The notes: generated by a model from the sequence alone, not told the origin. A stretch of 64,000 nucleotides of DNA from Candidatus Methanoperedens sp. (GCA_035562735.1 DATMWB010000003.1:44232-108231), one strand, 5' to 3'; positions 1 to 10,030 are shown, counted from the stretch's first letter. Numbers and translations are program-made.

Positions 1-95
1 TTCAGTATGGAAAAATGGGATGTTATGACGATGCTTATGGAATCCTTTCAAACGTTATGTGTACTGAGCCTGATAAATTTCAACCAAAAAAGTAA
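1..95 (+). CDS. 3' end of an unidentified upstream gene (partial, runs off window start)
   Basis: The frame is open from position 3 to TAA at 93-95 (…GCYDDAYGILSNVMCTEPDKFQPKK*). No recognisable domain. Confidence 0.2.
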   Translation, partial: QYGKMGCYDDAYGILSNVMCTEPDKFQPKK

Positions 96-109
96 TTTTG
101 TGCTATAAT
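81..109 (+). promoter_or_regulatory. Candidate promoter for rpsO with extended -10 TGcTATAAT (101-109)
   Basis: TGCTATAAT at 101-109 and a weak -35-like CAACCA at 81-86. It lies 80 nt upstream of the rpsO ATG. Confidence 0.35.
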
Positions 110-188
110 CCTTTCCTGACTATTAAATCGGTTTTTTGGGAGCCATTCCAAAATATTATAAATTACCGACAAATAGCCAAATAATTAC

Positions 189-458
189 ATGGCATTAACT
201 ACCGAAGAAAAAAGCGAGATTATCTCAAAATACGCCCAAGCTAAGGGTGATACAGGTTCTCCAGAAATCCAAGTTGCGATTCTTTCAAAAGAAATTGAAA
301 AACTCCAAGGTCATCTAGGTGAAAACAAGCACGATTCCCCCGCCAAAAGAGGTTTATTAAGTAAACTCGCCAAACGTCGACGTTTGCTTCGATATCTCTC
401 TATTCACAATGAAGAGCGATATAGCAAGATTGTTAAGGGCCTAAACCTTAAGAAATAA
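189..458 (+). CDS. rpsO: 30S ribosomal protein S15
   Basis: 89 aa with S15-typical conserved motifs (…GDTGSPEVQVA…LxxHL…KHDxxSRRGLL…). It sits in the canonical position upstream of pnp. Confidence 0.9.
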   Translation: MALTTEEKSEIISKYAQAKGDTGSPEIQVAILSKEIEKLQGHLGENKHDSPAKRGLLSKLAKRRRLLRYLSIHNEERYSKIVKGLNLKK

Positions 459-504
459 GTGTCTCGTATTACTCTATAATCAATTTATATTTATTTAATT
501 CATC

Positions 505-2730
505 ATGGCAAAAAATTCTGTCGATATCGTTATTGGTAACAAAAAAATTACACTTACAACTGGTCAATTGGCCCCTCAGGCCAACGCAGCTGTTACGGCC
601 CAAATGGGTAAGACAGTTGTTTTAGCCACTGTTGTCTTAGGAAAAGTTGATAAAACCAAGGATTATTTTCCCCTTTCTGTTGAATTTGCCGACAAACTTT
701 ATGCTGGTGGTTTAATCAAAGGTGGTAAATGGATAAAGCGTGAAGGCGGCCCTTCCGATACTGCCATTCTTTTTGGTCGAATCATTGACCGCTCAATTCG
801 TCCTTTATTTTCCTCTGATTTTAAATATGAAGTTCAAGTTATTGCCACAGTTTTAAGTAATGACAAAGAAAACGATGTCGTTATTCCCGCATTTACTGCT
901 GTTTCTGCTGCCTTGATGCTCTCAGATATTCCTTTTAATGGTCCAGTTTCTATTGTTCGTGTTGGTACAAATGAAGGTGAGTTAACCGTCTTCCCCACGA
1001 TTTCAGAGCTTCAAAAATCCACCTTAGATCTTCTTGTCTGTAAAGACTCTGAAGGTATCAATATGATTGAGGCTGATGCCAATATTGTCGACAACGACAC
1101 TGTTTTAAAAGCCATGCAGCTTGGTTTTGATACTGGTACTGAAATTAATGCTCAATTATCTGATTTTGCTAAAAAGTACGGCAAAAAGAAAGTTGATTAT
1201 CAACCACTATCTCCCTCAAAGGAATTAATTGCTGAAGTTGAAACTTTGGTAAAAAAAGAGCTAACCCAATTCATGATGGATGGTGTTGACGGGGCTCACA
1301 TAGCTGCCGAAGATAAAATAAAAGAAAAAGTTAAAGAGGCTTTTGAAGCCAAAATTAAAGCTGAAGAAGTTGAGGAAAATCAAGTCATTGAATCTGTTGA
1401 TCTACTCGTGCGTCAATATTTGCGAGAAGCTACTCTAAAAGGTACCCGTTATGACAAAAGAACTTTTGATGAAATTCGACCTTTAGAAATCGAGACGGGA
1501 GTTCTTCCTGTCACCCATGGTTCCGCCCTTTTTCAACGTGGTTTAACTCAAGCCTTGACAATTACTACTCTCGGTTCTCTAGCCGAACAGCAATATCTTC
1601 AAGATTCAAACGGAGAAATCACCAAAAGATATCTTCACTATTATTCTGCCGCTCCTTTTTCCACAGGTCAAACTGGTCGCTTTGGTCGTCCTGGAAGACG
1701 CGAAGTTGGACACGGTGCTCTTGCTGAAAAGGCCTTAGTTCCGGTCATTCCATCAATTGAAGAATTTCCTTATACCATTACTTTAACCTCTGAAGTTATG
1801 TCACAAAATGGTTCTTCATCCATGGCTTCTACCTGCGGTTCCACTCTTTCTCTTATGGACGCTGGTGTTCCCATAAAGGACAAAGTCGCTGGCATTTCTA
1901 TTGGTATGGTTTCCGATGATAATGGTAAATATGTTTTATTAACTGATATAGCTGGTATCGAAGACCACTGTGGTGATATGGATTTCAAAATTACTGGTAC
2001 TCGTAGTGGTATTACTGCAATTCAACTCGATATCAAAAGAATGGGTCTTTCCATGCAAATGATAAACGACACCTTTGTCGCTTCGACCAAGGCTCGTCTC
2101 CAAATTTTGGACAAAATTGATTCTGTTATGCCCGCTCCACGAGCCCAATTATCCGAATACGCTCCAAAAATAAAAATGGTTACTCTTCCAGAAGATAAAA
2201 TCGGAGAGGTTATTGGCTCTGGTGGAAAAACTATCAAAGCCTTAATGGAAAAATTTGCTGTTCAAATTGATATTGACGACGATGGACGTGCTTCAATTTG
2301 CGCCATAGATCAAGCTAAAATTGATGCTTGTGCCTACGAAATTGAATGTATGATTAAAGATGTTCAAATTGGTGAAGATTACGAAGGCATTGTCACTCGT
2401 GTTGAAAATTATGGCGCCTTTGTTGAATTCCTCCCCGGTCGTGAAGCTTTACTTCACGTTTCTGAAATGAGTGGGGGATTCCTAAGTGACCCTTCTTCCA
2501 TTATCAAAGTCGGTGACAAATTAAATGTCAAAATCTCCGGATTTAACGATAATCATCAAATAAAATTAAGCTCACCAGAATTTAAAGCAGCACACCCCGG
2601 AGTTCCTCGAGATCCTTCTGAAGCTCCTCGTGCTCCCATGGGTTCACGTCCTCCATTCAGAAATTTTGGTAGCCCAAGCGGTGGTCAAAATCGCTCTTCC
2701 TTTGGAGATCGAAATCGCCGAGGAAGATAA
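505..2730 (+). CDS. pnp: Polyribonucleotide nucleotidyltransferase (PNPase)
   Basis: 741 aa with two RNase PH-like domains plus KH and S1 domains (…KIGEVIGSGGKTIKAL…, …GIVTRVENYGAFVEF…). It ends in an RG-rich C-terminal tail. Confidence 0.92.
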   Translation: MAKNSVDIVIGNKKITLTTGQLAPQANAAVTAQMGKTVVLATVVLGKVDKTKDYFPLSVEFADKLYAGGLIKGGKWIKREGGPSDTAILFGRIIDRSIRPLFSSDFKYEVQVIATVLSNDKENDVVIPAFTAVSAALMLSDIPFNGPVSIVRVGTNEGELTVFPTISELQKSTLDLLVCKDSEGINMIEADANIVDNDTVLKAMQLGFDTGTEINAQLSDFAKKYGKKKVDYQPLSPSKELIAEVETLVKKELTQFMMDGVDGAHIAAEDKIKEKVKEAFEAKIKAEEVEENQVIESVDLLVRQYLREATLKGTRYDKRTFDEIRPLEIETGVLPVTHGSALFQRGLTQALTITTLGSLAEQQYLQDSNGEITKRYLHYYSAAPFSTGQTGRFGRPGRREVGHGALAEKALVPVIPSIEEFPYTITLTSEVMSQNGSSSMASTCGSTLSLMDAGVPIKDKVAGISIGMVSDDNGKYVLLTDIAGIEDHCGDMDFKITGTRSGITAIQLDIKRMGLSMQMINDTFVASTKARLQILDKIDSVMPAPRAQLSEYAPKIKMVTLPEDKIGEVIGSGGKTIKALMEKFAVQIDIDDDGRASICAIDQAKIDACAYEIECMIKDVQIGEDYEGIVTRVENYGAFVEFLPGREALLHVSEMSGGFLSDPSSIIKVGDKLNVKISGFNDNHQIKLSSPEFKAAHPGVPRDPSEAPRAPMGSRPPFRNFGSPSGGQNRSSFGDRNRRGR

Positions 2731-2750
2731 AATTCCTGTATACTTTTCTT

Positions 2751-3806
2751 GTGGATTCGACACTAACTATTTCTGATGCCATTGCCAAATTAAAAGCCAA
2801 AAGTGGAGGTGTCAATTTACCTGATGGCTTGGAAGCCAAGCTTGAGGAAATGTTTGCCCAACTTGAGGTAAATTCTCACTCTGAAACTACCTTCTGGACT
2901 TATTACCAAACAGCCTCAAAATACATTGATTGGATAATTTCTCTTCCTTGGAACAATCGATCCCAAGATATTTTAGATCTTCGTTTTGCCAGCGAGAAAC
3001 TCAACGAAAATCATTTTGGTCTTGATGATGTCAAAGAAAGAATTTTAGAATACATTTCTGTTTTGGCTCTCCAAAAAAATCGTAATCCTGATGTCAGTTT
3101 TCGTGCTCCTATTTTGCTTTTTACTGGTCTAGTCGGTACTGGAAAAACCACCATGGCCAAATCAATTGCTGATGTCATGGGGAGAAAACTTATCCGTATT
3201 CCCTTTGGTGGTTTAGGTGATCCCTTGTATTTACGTGGCCAAAGTCGTCTTCACCCAGAAGCAGAACCGGGTGCTATTATTAGAGCTTTATCTCAGTGTC
3301 AAACAAGAAACCCAGTTATTTTACTAGATGAAATAGATCGTGTCGCTGACGATGCTCTAAATACAATTATGGGTGTTCTAGTTGAATTACTTGATCCAGA
3401 GCAAAATGCCCACTTTACTGATCATTATATTGATTATCCCTTCGATTTATCCGAAGCATTTTTCGTTGCTACATGTAACAATACAACCCGTATAGCTACG
3501 GCAGTTATGGATCGTCTTGAAGTCATTCAGATGCCATCATATACCGATGAAGAAAAAATCGCTATTGGACAAGACTATATTTTCCCAAAAGCCTTAAAAG
3601 ATTCTGGATTAACCCCCGACGAATTAATAATCAAGGAAAATGTTTGGCTTGGAGTTGTGAGACCATTGGGTTTTGACGCTGGTGTAAGAACTTTAAAAAG
3701 AAATATTGAAGGACTCTGTCGAAAAGCTGCTGCCATGGTTCTTGCTGGTACAAAGCAGGTTGTAATCGATGAAACTAACATTAAAAAATTTATACCCCAG
3801 TGGTAA
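2751..3806 (+). CDS. Lon-type AAA+ ATPase module without a protease domain (GTG start)
   Basis: It aligns along its length to the central region of Lon (HFGLDDVKERILEYISV…ILLFTGLVGTGKTTMAKSIA…VILLDEIDRV…LDPEQNAHFTDHY…ATCN…MDRLEVIQMPSYTDEEK…AGVRTL). The ORF stops before any S16 peptidase Ser-Lys region and has no LON N-terminal domain. Confidence 0.7.
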   Translation: MDSTLTISDAIAKLKAKSGGVNLPDGLEAKLEEMFAQLEVNSHSETTFWTYYQTASKYIDWIISLPWNNRSQDILDLRFASEKLNENHFGLDDVKERILEYISVLALQKNRNPDVSFRAPILLFTGLVGTGKTTMAKSIADVMGRKLIRIPFGGLGDPLYLRGQSRLHPEAEPGAIIRALSQCQTRNPVILLDEIDRVADDALNTIMGVLVELLDPEQNAHFTDHYIDYPFDLSEAFFVATCNNTTRIATAVMDRLEVIQMPSYTDEEKIAIGQDYIFPKALKDSGLTPDELIIKENVWLGVVRPLGFDAGVRTLKRNIEGLCRKAAAMVLAGTKQVVIDETNIKKFIPQW

Positions 3807-3810
3807 AAAT

Positions 3811-4248
3811 ATGAAAAATACAATCATTGGTCTTATTTTAGGTTTAATTATCGCCATGTGGGCATTTTATTTGTATACCCAAAAACCAAAAATAACCACA
3901 TCATTACCTCCGGCTACACCCACAACTGCAGAAATTTCGGAGATCCCGGAAAATGTAATATCTGATGACGATTTAATTAGACAAGCCCTTGCGGACAAAT
4001 ATAACAAGGACCTTTCTGACGTCACTTATACATCTTCACAAAATGATGGTACTCACGCCTCAGGCGGTGTCAAGTTTTCTGGAGACATTGCTGGTGCTTG
4101 GGTGTTAGCCGCTAAAGATGATGGAGTCTGGAAAATTGTCCAAGATGGCAACGGTGTAATAATGTGCGAAATTGTTGCCCCATATGACTTTCCTGTTTCA
4201 ATGGTTGCCGAGTGTGTTGATAAAAACGGTAAACTCATAAAATATTAA
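3811..4248 (+). CDS. Hypothetical membrane-anchored protein
   Basis: There is an ATG at 3811 just after the Lon-like stop. It has an N-terminal TM helix (IIGLILGLIIAMWAFYLY) and an extracytoplasmic domain with no recognised family. The track ORF begins at 3769 and overlaps the upstream gene. Confidence 0.45.
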   Translation: MKNTIIGLILGLIIAMWAFYLYTQKPKITTSLPPATPTTAEISEIPENVISDDDLIRQALADKYNKDLSDVTYTSSQNDGTHASGGVKFSGDIAGAWVLAAKDDGVWKIVQDGNGVIMCEIVAPYDFPVSMVAECVDKNGKLIKY

Positions 4249-4250
4249 TT

Positions 4251-5165
4251 ATGAACAAAAAGGAAATTTATCTTTCACTTACACTGTTGGCCTTGGCTTT
4301 TGTCATCCTACTAACTACCCTTCTACCTTATCATCGGGAAAACCCAACCCCCAGTCCGAGTATTATTTCCCAACCGAGTGCTATACCCACCCCTTCCTTT
4401 TCTCCCATTATTATCTTATCCCCAAATATTTCAAAGCCATTAACCTCACCCCTCAAATTAATTGGTCTGATTGACAAAAGTTGGGTTTTTGAGGGATCTT
4501 TTCCCATAGAGCTTCTTGATAATCAAAATAAAAGCTTATTCAAAAGTACTGCTTCGGCTCCAAACTGGTTAGAGGAAGAATCAAAATACACCAGCTTTAT
4601 GGCTGTATTTAATTTTGTCACTTATAGTCCAAGTGGATTTGTCCAAGTGAAAAATTCTAATCCCAGTGGCCTTCCAGAAAACGACAAAAGAGTCACTATT
4701 CCGGTGACTTTCGATTCTACTTCAGTTACAAAAACAGGTTTAAAAACTTATAAAAACAATCAATATGGTTTTGAATTTGAAATACCAATAGACTGGGAAG
4801 CAAAAGAGAAACCACCATATCATACTTATTTTGGAAAAATAGGGGAAAGTTATTATAATGAGGGTTCAGTTTCAGATGGTGAAATTGTTATTTCAGTTGA
4901 GAAAAAAAATCCAAACGAAAATCTAGAAACAATTTTTAAGTCATACTACGATGGATTTTTAAAAAATTCAGATACAACTATTCAGAAAATTAAATTAGGA
5001 GGAATCGATGCTGGCTATTTTGATTATTTTGACGAGACTGCTTTTACCATCAAAGATAATTATAGAATTACAATCCAAGTCACTGCATATCCCCAAATAG
5101 ATCCCAGTGTTTATTCAAAAGATATTTTTCAACAAATTCTTTCAACTTTTAAATTTACAAAATAA
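4251..5165 (+). CDS. Hypothetical N-terminally anchored secreted protein (FKFT-motif paralog family)
   Basis: It has an N-terminal TM/signal anchor, a Pro/Ser-rich linker, an internal NxYGFEFEIPIDWE motif and a C-terminal …FQQILSTFKFTK. It resembles ORFs 24570-25220 and 25224-25988. Confidence 0.5.
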   Translation: MNKKEIYLSLTLLALAFVILLTTLLPYHRENPTPSPSIISQPSAIPTPSFSPIIILSPNISKPLTSPLKLIGLIDKSWVFEGSFPIELLDNQNKSLFKSTASAPNWLEEESKYTSFMAVFNFVTYSPSGFVQVKNSNPSGLPENDKRVTIPVTFDSTSVTKTGLKTYKNNQYGFEFEIPIDWEAKEKPPYHTYFGKIGESYYNEGSVSDGEIVISVEKKNPNENLETIFKSYYDGFLKNSDTTIQKIKLGGIDAGYFDYFDETAFTIKDNYRITIQVTAYPQIDPSVYSKDIFQQILSTFKFTK

Positions 5166-5740
5166 TGCCCTTAACAAAAGTTCAACAATTAGAATATATC
5201 GCCCATTTGGTGGGAAAATGTAAGAAGTGCGATTTATATAAAACTGCTACCAATCCGGTTCCCGGTTTTGGTAATCCCAATGCCGATATCGTCTTTATCG
5301 GTGAAGCCCCTGGAGCCCAAGAAGATAAGGAGGGTTTGCCTTTTGTGGGGAATTCAGGTAAACTATTAGACAAGCTTCTGAATACGATAAGTGTGCCTCG
5401 AAAAGACGTTTTTATCTGTAATATATTAAAACATCGCCCTCCAGAGAATCGAGATCCACTTCCACACGAAATGAAAGTCTGTGTTCCTTATTTAAAGGCT
5501 CAATTAAAAATTATAAAACCGAAAATTATCATTACTTTAGGGCGATTTGCAATGAGTTATTTTTTTCCATCTGAATCTATCAGTCGAGTTCATGGTCAAG
5601 TCAGAAAAATAATCTGGCAGGAACTACCGTTAACAATTGTTCCTGTATACCATCCTTCAGCTGGACTCAGAAATGGTGCCATGCTTAAATCATTACAAGA
5701 AGATTTTCTTAGTATAAGCAAATTATTAAAAGACAATTAG
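5165..5740 (+). CDS. Family 4 uracil-DNA glycosylase
   Basis: It carries the GEAPGxxEDxxGxPFVGxSGxLL motif, conserved cysteines (CKKCDL) and the HPSA motif. Confidence 0.8.
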   Translation: MPLTKVQQLEYIAHLVGKCKKCDLYKTATNPVPGFGNPNADIVFIGEAPGAQEDKEGLPFVGNSGKLLDKLLNTISVPRKDVFICNILKHRPPENRDPLPHEMKVCVPYLKAQLKIIKPKIIITLGRFAMSYFFPSESISRVHGQVRKIIWQELPLTIVPVYHPSAGLRNGAMLKSLQEDFLSISKLLKDN

Positions 5741-5758
5741 CCAGTTTAACTATTTATC

Positions 5759-5779
5759 TTTTTTACTATTTATCTATTA
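5759..5779 (+). promoter_or_regulatory. 21-bp motif TTTTTTACTATTTATCTATTA upstream of rnj (identical copy upstream of fusA)
   Basis: It is an exact 21-mer match to 42296-42316. Both copies end about 20-25 nt before an ATG. Confidence 0.35.
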
Positions 5780-5798
5780 AACTATTTATCAAAAAAAT

Positions 5799-7571
5799 AT
5801 GATTAATCAAAAAACATATCAAAAACCAGCTTTAAATCCAGCTCTTCAAAAGGATTTCACGAGGACACCTCATATACAAAATTTATCTAATGGTCAAGAT
5901 GCTGTCCGCATTTCTTCACTAGGCGCTTTTGGAGATGTAACTCAAAACATGTTCGTTTACGAGTTTGCCCCACGAGGGGACTTCTCAAAATCTCAAATCA
6001 TTATCGTCGATTGTGGTGTTGGTTTTCCTGAAGAAGACGCCTTTGGTGTTGATCTTCAAATTCCTGATACAACTTATTTGCTAGACAAAAAAGAACGGAT
6101 ATTGGGAATTTTTATTACCCATGGTCATGAAGACCATATTGGGGCTATTCGTTACGTATTACCAATATTAGGCAACAATATCCCCATCTTTGCTCCAAAA
6201 TTAGCAGCTGCCTTTATTGAATCGCGACTAGCAGAAAACCAAATTCGAGCCTCGGTTTCTGTCTATCAATCTGGAGATATTTTCAACAAAGGTCCTTTTA
6301 CTATCGAACCCATTAGAGTGACCCATTCAATTCCAGACACTCATCATTTTGCAATCACCACTCCAATTGGCGTTTTTTACCACGGATCTGATTTTAAGTT
6401 TGACGTCTTTCCGATTGACAACAAACCTGCAGAACTGAAAAAAATTGCCAATGCCGGTAACAAAAAAGTTATCGCTTTAATGTCTGATTCGCTAGGTGCC
6501 GACCACGAAGGTTATTCTCCGTCTGAACGAGATATTGCTGAAAACTTTAAGCATCAAATAGTCAACGCCAAGGGGCGAGTCTTTGTTACTTCTATTAGTA
6601 GTAATATTGTCCGTTGGGGTCAGGCTATCGAGTATGGAAAATCAACAGGTAGAAAAATTTGTGTTGTTGGTTATTCTGTCGATAAAGCTATCAATATTGC
6701 CAAAGAATTAGGTTATATTAAATTGGCTGATACCGATATGATTGCCCCAGAACGAGCCAAAAATTTCCCCGACAACAAGCTTTTATTTTTAGTTGCCGGT
6801 TTTGCCGGTCAACCCGATTCGGCATTGAGCAAAATGGTTATGGGTAAGCATCGTGTCAAAATAAAATCAGGTGACAAAGTAATCTTTTCCTCTCCAGACT
6901 ATATTCCTGGAACTACCAGTAATATCTACGAAATGATCGATATTCTTTCCAAAATGGGTGCTGATGTTGCCTATGGAGAAAAAGAAGAACTTCATGTCTC
7001 CGGTCATGGTTACCAAAAAGAACACGCCCTTCTGATGACCCTAACTAACCCTCGATATCTATTACCAATTGGTGGTAATTTCCGACATGTAAAAAGCTAT
7101 TTTTCAATGGCCAAAATAATGGGATTTACTGACGACCAATTTATTACCCCAGATTTCGATTCTGCAGTTACCTTTTATGCTAATGGTAAAGTTGATACCA
7201 ATTTTCATATTCCCATGCATAAGGTTCTAATTGATGGTCTTGGAATAGGTGATGTCGGTGCCACAGTTCTTCGCGATAGGAAAACTTTAGCTGAAGATGG
7301 AATGTTTAGTGTAGTTCTAATGGTCAATAAAGAAGATGGCACAATGTTTAAGGAACCAGTAATTCTCTCTCGGGGTTTTGTGTTTATGAAAGAAAACACC
7401 GATCTTATTGATTATCTAAAAGAAGAGGTTAAAAGACGCTTCGGAGAAGTTACTAGCAAGCCTGCCAACTTTGATTATATTAGAACTGAACTTCAGGCCT
7501 ATCTCGAAAACATTATCAAGGAAAAAACTGGTCGCGAACCCATGGTTCTACCACTGGTTATTGAGGTCTAA
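5799..7571 (+). CDS. rnj: Ribonuclease J (metallo-beta-lactamase/beta-CASP RNase)
   Basis: 590 aa with the HGHEDHIGA motif, beta-CASP region and RNase J C-terminal domain. Confidence 0.85.
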   Translation: MINQKTYQKPALNPALQKDFTRTPHIQNLSNGQDAVRISSLGAFGDVTQNMFVYEFAPRGDFSKSQIIIVDCGVGFPEEDAFGVDLQIPDTTYLLDKKERILGIFITHGHEDHIGAIRYVLPILGNNIPIFAPKLAAAFIESRLAENQIRASVSVYQSGDIFNKGPFTIEPIRVTHSIPDTHHFAITTPIGVFYHGSDFKFDVFPIDNKPAELKKIANAGNKKVIALMSDSLGADHEGYSPSERDIAENFKHQIVNAKGRVFVTSISSNIVRWGQAIEYGKSTGRKICVVGYSVDKAINIAKELGYIKLADTDMIAPERAKNFPDNKLLFLVAGFAGQPDSALSKMVMGKHRVKIKSGDKVIFSSPDYIPGTTSNIYEMIDILSKMGADVAYGEKEELHVSGHGYQKEHALLMTLTNPRYLLPIGGNFRHVKSYFSMAKIMGFTDDQFITPDFDSAVTFYANGKVDTNFHIPMHKVLIDGLGIGDVGATVLRDRKTLAEDGMFSVVLMVNKEDGTMFKEPVILSRGFVFMKENTDLIDYLKEEVKRRFGEVTSKPANFDYIRTELQAYLENIIKEKTGREPMVLPLVIEV

Positions 7572-7594
7572 GTTTTTTTTAGATAAACTTATTT

Positions 7595-7648
7595 TGCCCG
7601 CCTTTGTTTGCGATTTTTTCCCAGACAGGACGGGCATCCTTGTTTTTT
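7595..7648 (+). terminator. Weak hairpin plus T-run after rnj
   Basis: TGCCCGCC …loop… GGACGGGCA followed by TCCTTGTTTTTT. The loop is long, so this is a weak call. Confidence 0.3.
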
Positions 7649-7692
7649 AGGTTTAAATTTGGAGTTTGCAACAAATTTATCCTAAAAACACA

Positions 7693-7722
7693 ATCCCGAT
7701 GAGACTTTAGTCGACATCGGGA
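7693..7722 (+). promoter_or_regulatory. 9-bp inverted repeat (ATCCCGATG / CATCGGGAT) just upstream of a leaderless-type promoter
   Basis: A perfect 9-bp stem with a 12-nt loop, 15 nt upstream of the TGgTAAAAT box. Confidence 0.35.
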
Positions 7723-7736
7723 TATCTCCTAAATTT

Positions 7737-7745
7737 TGGTAAAAT
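7737..7745 (+). promoter_or_regulatory. Extended -10 (TGgTAAAAT) 5 nt upstream of ATG 7751, with no SD
   Basis: TG at 7737-38 and TAAAAT at 7740-45. The ATG at 7751 has no purine-rich SD between them. Confidence 0.35.
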
Positions 7746-7750
7746 ATCTC

Positions 7751-8320
7751 ATGAAAATACTTTCAATTTGCGGTTCCCCCCGAAAAGGCAATTCTGAAAC
7801 CATTCTTTTAGAACTCCAAAAACTTTTTAAAGAAAAAGGCGTTGAAAATGAAATAATTTTACTTCGTCAAAAAAATATCAACCGCTGTCATGGTTGTGTT
7901 GAATTTTGCAACCCTGCTGGGCTTTGTTGTCAAAAAGATGATGTAAGTTCTATTATCGATAAAATGGTGGAATCAGACGCCCTAATTATCATCTCCCCAA
8001 ACTATTTTCAAATGCCACCCGGATTGTTAAAAGACTTAATGGACAGGACCTGCGTAATTTTTGCCAGTGCCAAGGACGAGTTATTAAAAAATAAAAAAAT
8101 CGCTGTTATTGCTCTTGGTGCTGAGGAGGCAAAAGAAAGTCAAGTCTGCGCTGAAAATATTGCCAAGTTATATTGTCGCTATATTGGAAAAGTGGTTATA
8201 ACCAAAAGCTTTCAATCCAACAGTGAGCTAAAAGGAAATTTTAACGATATTCTAGAAAATTCTTATAATCCCGACATTAAAGCATCTCTCAATTCCATTG
8301 TAAAAGCTCTGTTAAAATAA
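7751..8320 (+). CDS. Flavodoxin-like NADPH-dependent FMN reductase / iron-sulfur flavoprotein
   Basis: It has the MKILSICGSPRKGNSE flavodoxin-like N-terminus typical of NADPH-dependent FMN reductases and a Cys cluster (CHGCVEFCNPAGLCCQ). The track start at 7736 is a TTG, and 7751 is the first ATG. Confidence 0.6.
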   Translation: MKILSICGSPRKGNSETILLELQKLFKEKGVENEIILLRQKNINRCHGCVEFCNPAGLCCQKDDVSSIIDKMVESDALIIISPNYFQMPPGLLKDLMDRTCVIFASAKDELLKNKKIAVIALGAEEAKESQVCAENIAKLYCRYIGKVVITKSFQSNSELKGNFNDILENSYNPDIKASLNSIVKALLK

Positions 8321-8323
8321 GCC

Positions 8324-10030
8324 ATGAAGTACTCACAACTTTTTGGTAAAACAAGCAAGACAGTTTCCAAGGATGCTACCGTCGCCAGTCATCGTCTTCT
8401 TCTTCAGGCTGGTTTCATTCGCCAACTTGCCGCAGGACGATACACCCTCCTTCCTCTCGGTCTAAAAGTATGTAAAAAAATTGAAAATATTATTAGAGAA
8501 GAGGTGGAAAAAACTGGAGCCCAAGAGTTAATTGTCCCTACTCTCCATCCAATTGAATTATGGCAACAAGCTAATCGAGATAAAAAATTTGGTGCTGCCA
8601 TGATGATGGTTAATGACCGTAATCAAGCCCAATTTACTTTAGGTGCTACTGCAGAAGTAATAATGTTGGACTTAGTCAAACAATTTGCCCCAAGCTACAA
8701 GGATTTACCTATAAATATCTACCAATTTTCCCAGAAATTTCGCGACGAAGCTCGTCCTTCTGGAGGTCTTTTACGAACCCGTGAATTTGTCATGAAAGAT
8801 GGTTATTCTTTTCATACAAACGAAGCCGACTTAAAAGAAACTTATCAAAAATATTGGGACGCTTATTTGAATATTGCCCAAAAATTAGATTTAAAAATTA
8901 TTGTTGTTGAATCAGACAATGGTGCTATTGGTGGGGCTGTTTCCCATGAATTTATGGTTGAATCTGAGGTGGGGGAGGACACTATTGCTACTTGTACCTG
9001 TGGATATGCTGCTAATTTGGAAAAAGCCTCCTTTGTCAAAAATTCTATTAATCTTGATGAAGCTGAAAAAGAACTAAGTGAAGTTGAAGCAGTCAGAGGT
9101 ACGACCATGGAAGATGGAGTCAAGTTACACAATTTACCTCTTAACTTACAAATCAAAGATGTGGTCTACGTTGACGAAAAAGGTCGCTTTATTTTGGCCA
9201 TTATCCGAGGTGATTTTATGGTTAATGAAACTAAATTAAAAAATTTAGTTCTTTCAAATGAATTACGCCATGCCACCGAAGAGGAAATCATCAACATTCT
9301 TCATTCTGTCCCTGGCTTTATTTCTCCGGTTGGAATAAGACAAAATATTGACCCCAAATCTGAGTTTATAATTGTTGCCGACGACTCTTTGCGCACTGTA
9401 AAAAACTGTTATGGTGGTTCCAACAAGAAAAATATTGACCTTCTCAATGTAAATATTGACCGTGACTATAAGGCCGATCTAGAAGGTGACATCGCCGCTG
9501 CCTGTGAGGGAGATATCTGTCCCCAGTGTAAATCTCAAAAACTACATTTAATAAAAGCCGTAGAGTTTGGCAATATTTTTAATATCGGCTATGCCTATTC
9601 TGATCCCATGAATGGAAACTACACTGACAAAGATGGTTCCCTAAAAAAGCTTTACATGGGTTCTTACGGAATTGGTATAGGAAGAGCAATGGCAATTGAT
9701 GTGGAAGTGCATCATGATGACACTGGGATAGTATGGCCAAAAAGTTTAGCCCCATATCAAGTTCACTTAATTGGTCTTGATGGTATGGGTGAAGATTTTT
9801 ATCAAGAATTACTTTTAAAGAATATTGATGTCCTTTTTGACGATCGCGATAGTGTTTCCGCTGGCGCAAAATTTGCTGACGCTGATTTAATAGGAATTCC
9901 TATTAGATTGGTTATCAGCAAGAGAAGTCAGGAAAAAGGTGGAATCGAATATAAATTAAGATCCCAAAAAGAGTCAGAAATTATAGACAAAAAAAATCTT
10001 ATCTCAAAAATTACTAATTACTTTAACTAA
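8324..10030 (+). CDS. proS: Prolyl-tRNA synthetase
   Basis: 568 aa with a class II aaRS core and ProRS-specific motifs (…HRLLLQAGFIRQ…, anticodon-binding C-terminus). Confidence 0.9.
   Translation: MKYSQLFGKTSKTVSKDATVASHRLLLQAGFIRQLAAGRYTLLPLGLKVCKKIENIIREEVEKTGAQELIVPTLHPIELWQQANRDKKFGAAMMMVNDRNQAQFTLGATAEVIMLDLVKQFAPSYKDLPINIYQFSQKFRDEARPSGGLLRTREFVMKDGYSFHTNEADLKETYQKYWDAYLNIAQKLDLKIIVVESDNGAIGGAVSHEFMVESEVGEDTIATCTCGYAANLEKASFVKNSINLDEAEKELSEVEAVRGTTMEDGVKLHNLPLNLQIKDVVYVDEKGRFILAIIRGDFMVNETKLKNLVLSNELRHATEEEIINILHSVPGFISPVGIRQNIDPKSEFIIVADDSLRTVKNCYGGSNKKNIDLLNVNIDRDYKADLEGDIAAACEGDICPQCKSQKLHLIKAVEFGNIFNIGYAYSDPMNGNYTDKDGSLKKLYMGSYGIGIGRAMAIDVEVHHDDTGIVWPKSLAPYQVHLIGLDGMGEDFYQELLLKNIDVLFDDRDSVSAGAKFADADLIGIPIRLVISKRSQEKGGIEYKLRSQKESEIIDKKNLISKITNYFN

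Noticed and set aside
1770-2237. Antisense and alternative-frame ORFs inside pnp (and similar ones inside rpoB, rpoC, fusA, tuf, secY and others in the ORF track)
   Set aside because: They are short, lie wholly inside strongly supported conserved genes, and have no start context or homology. They are shadow ORFs.
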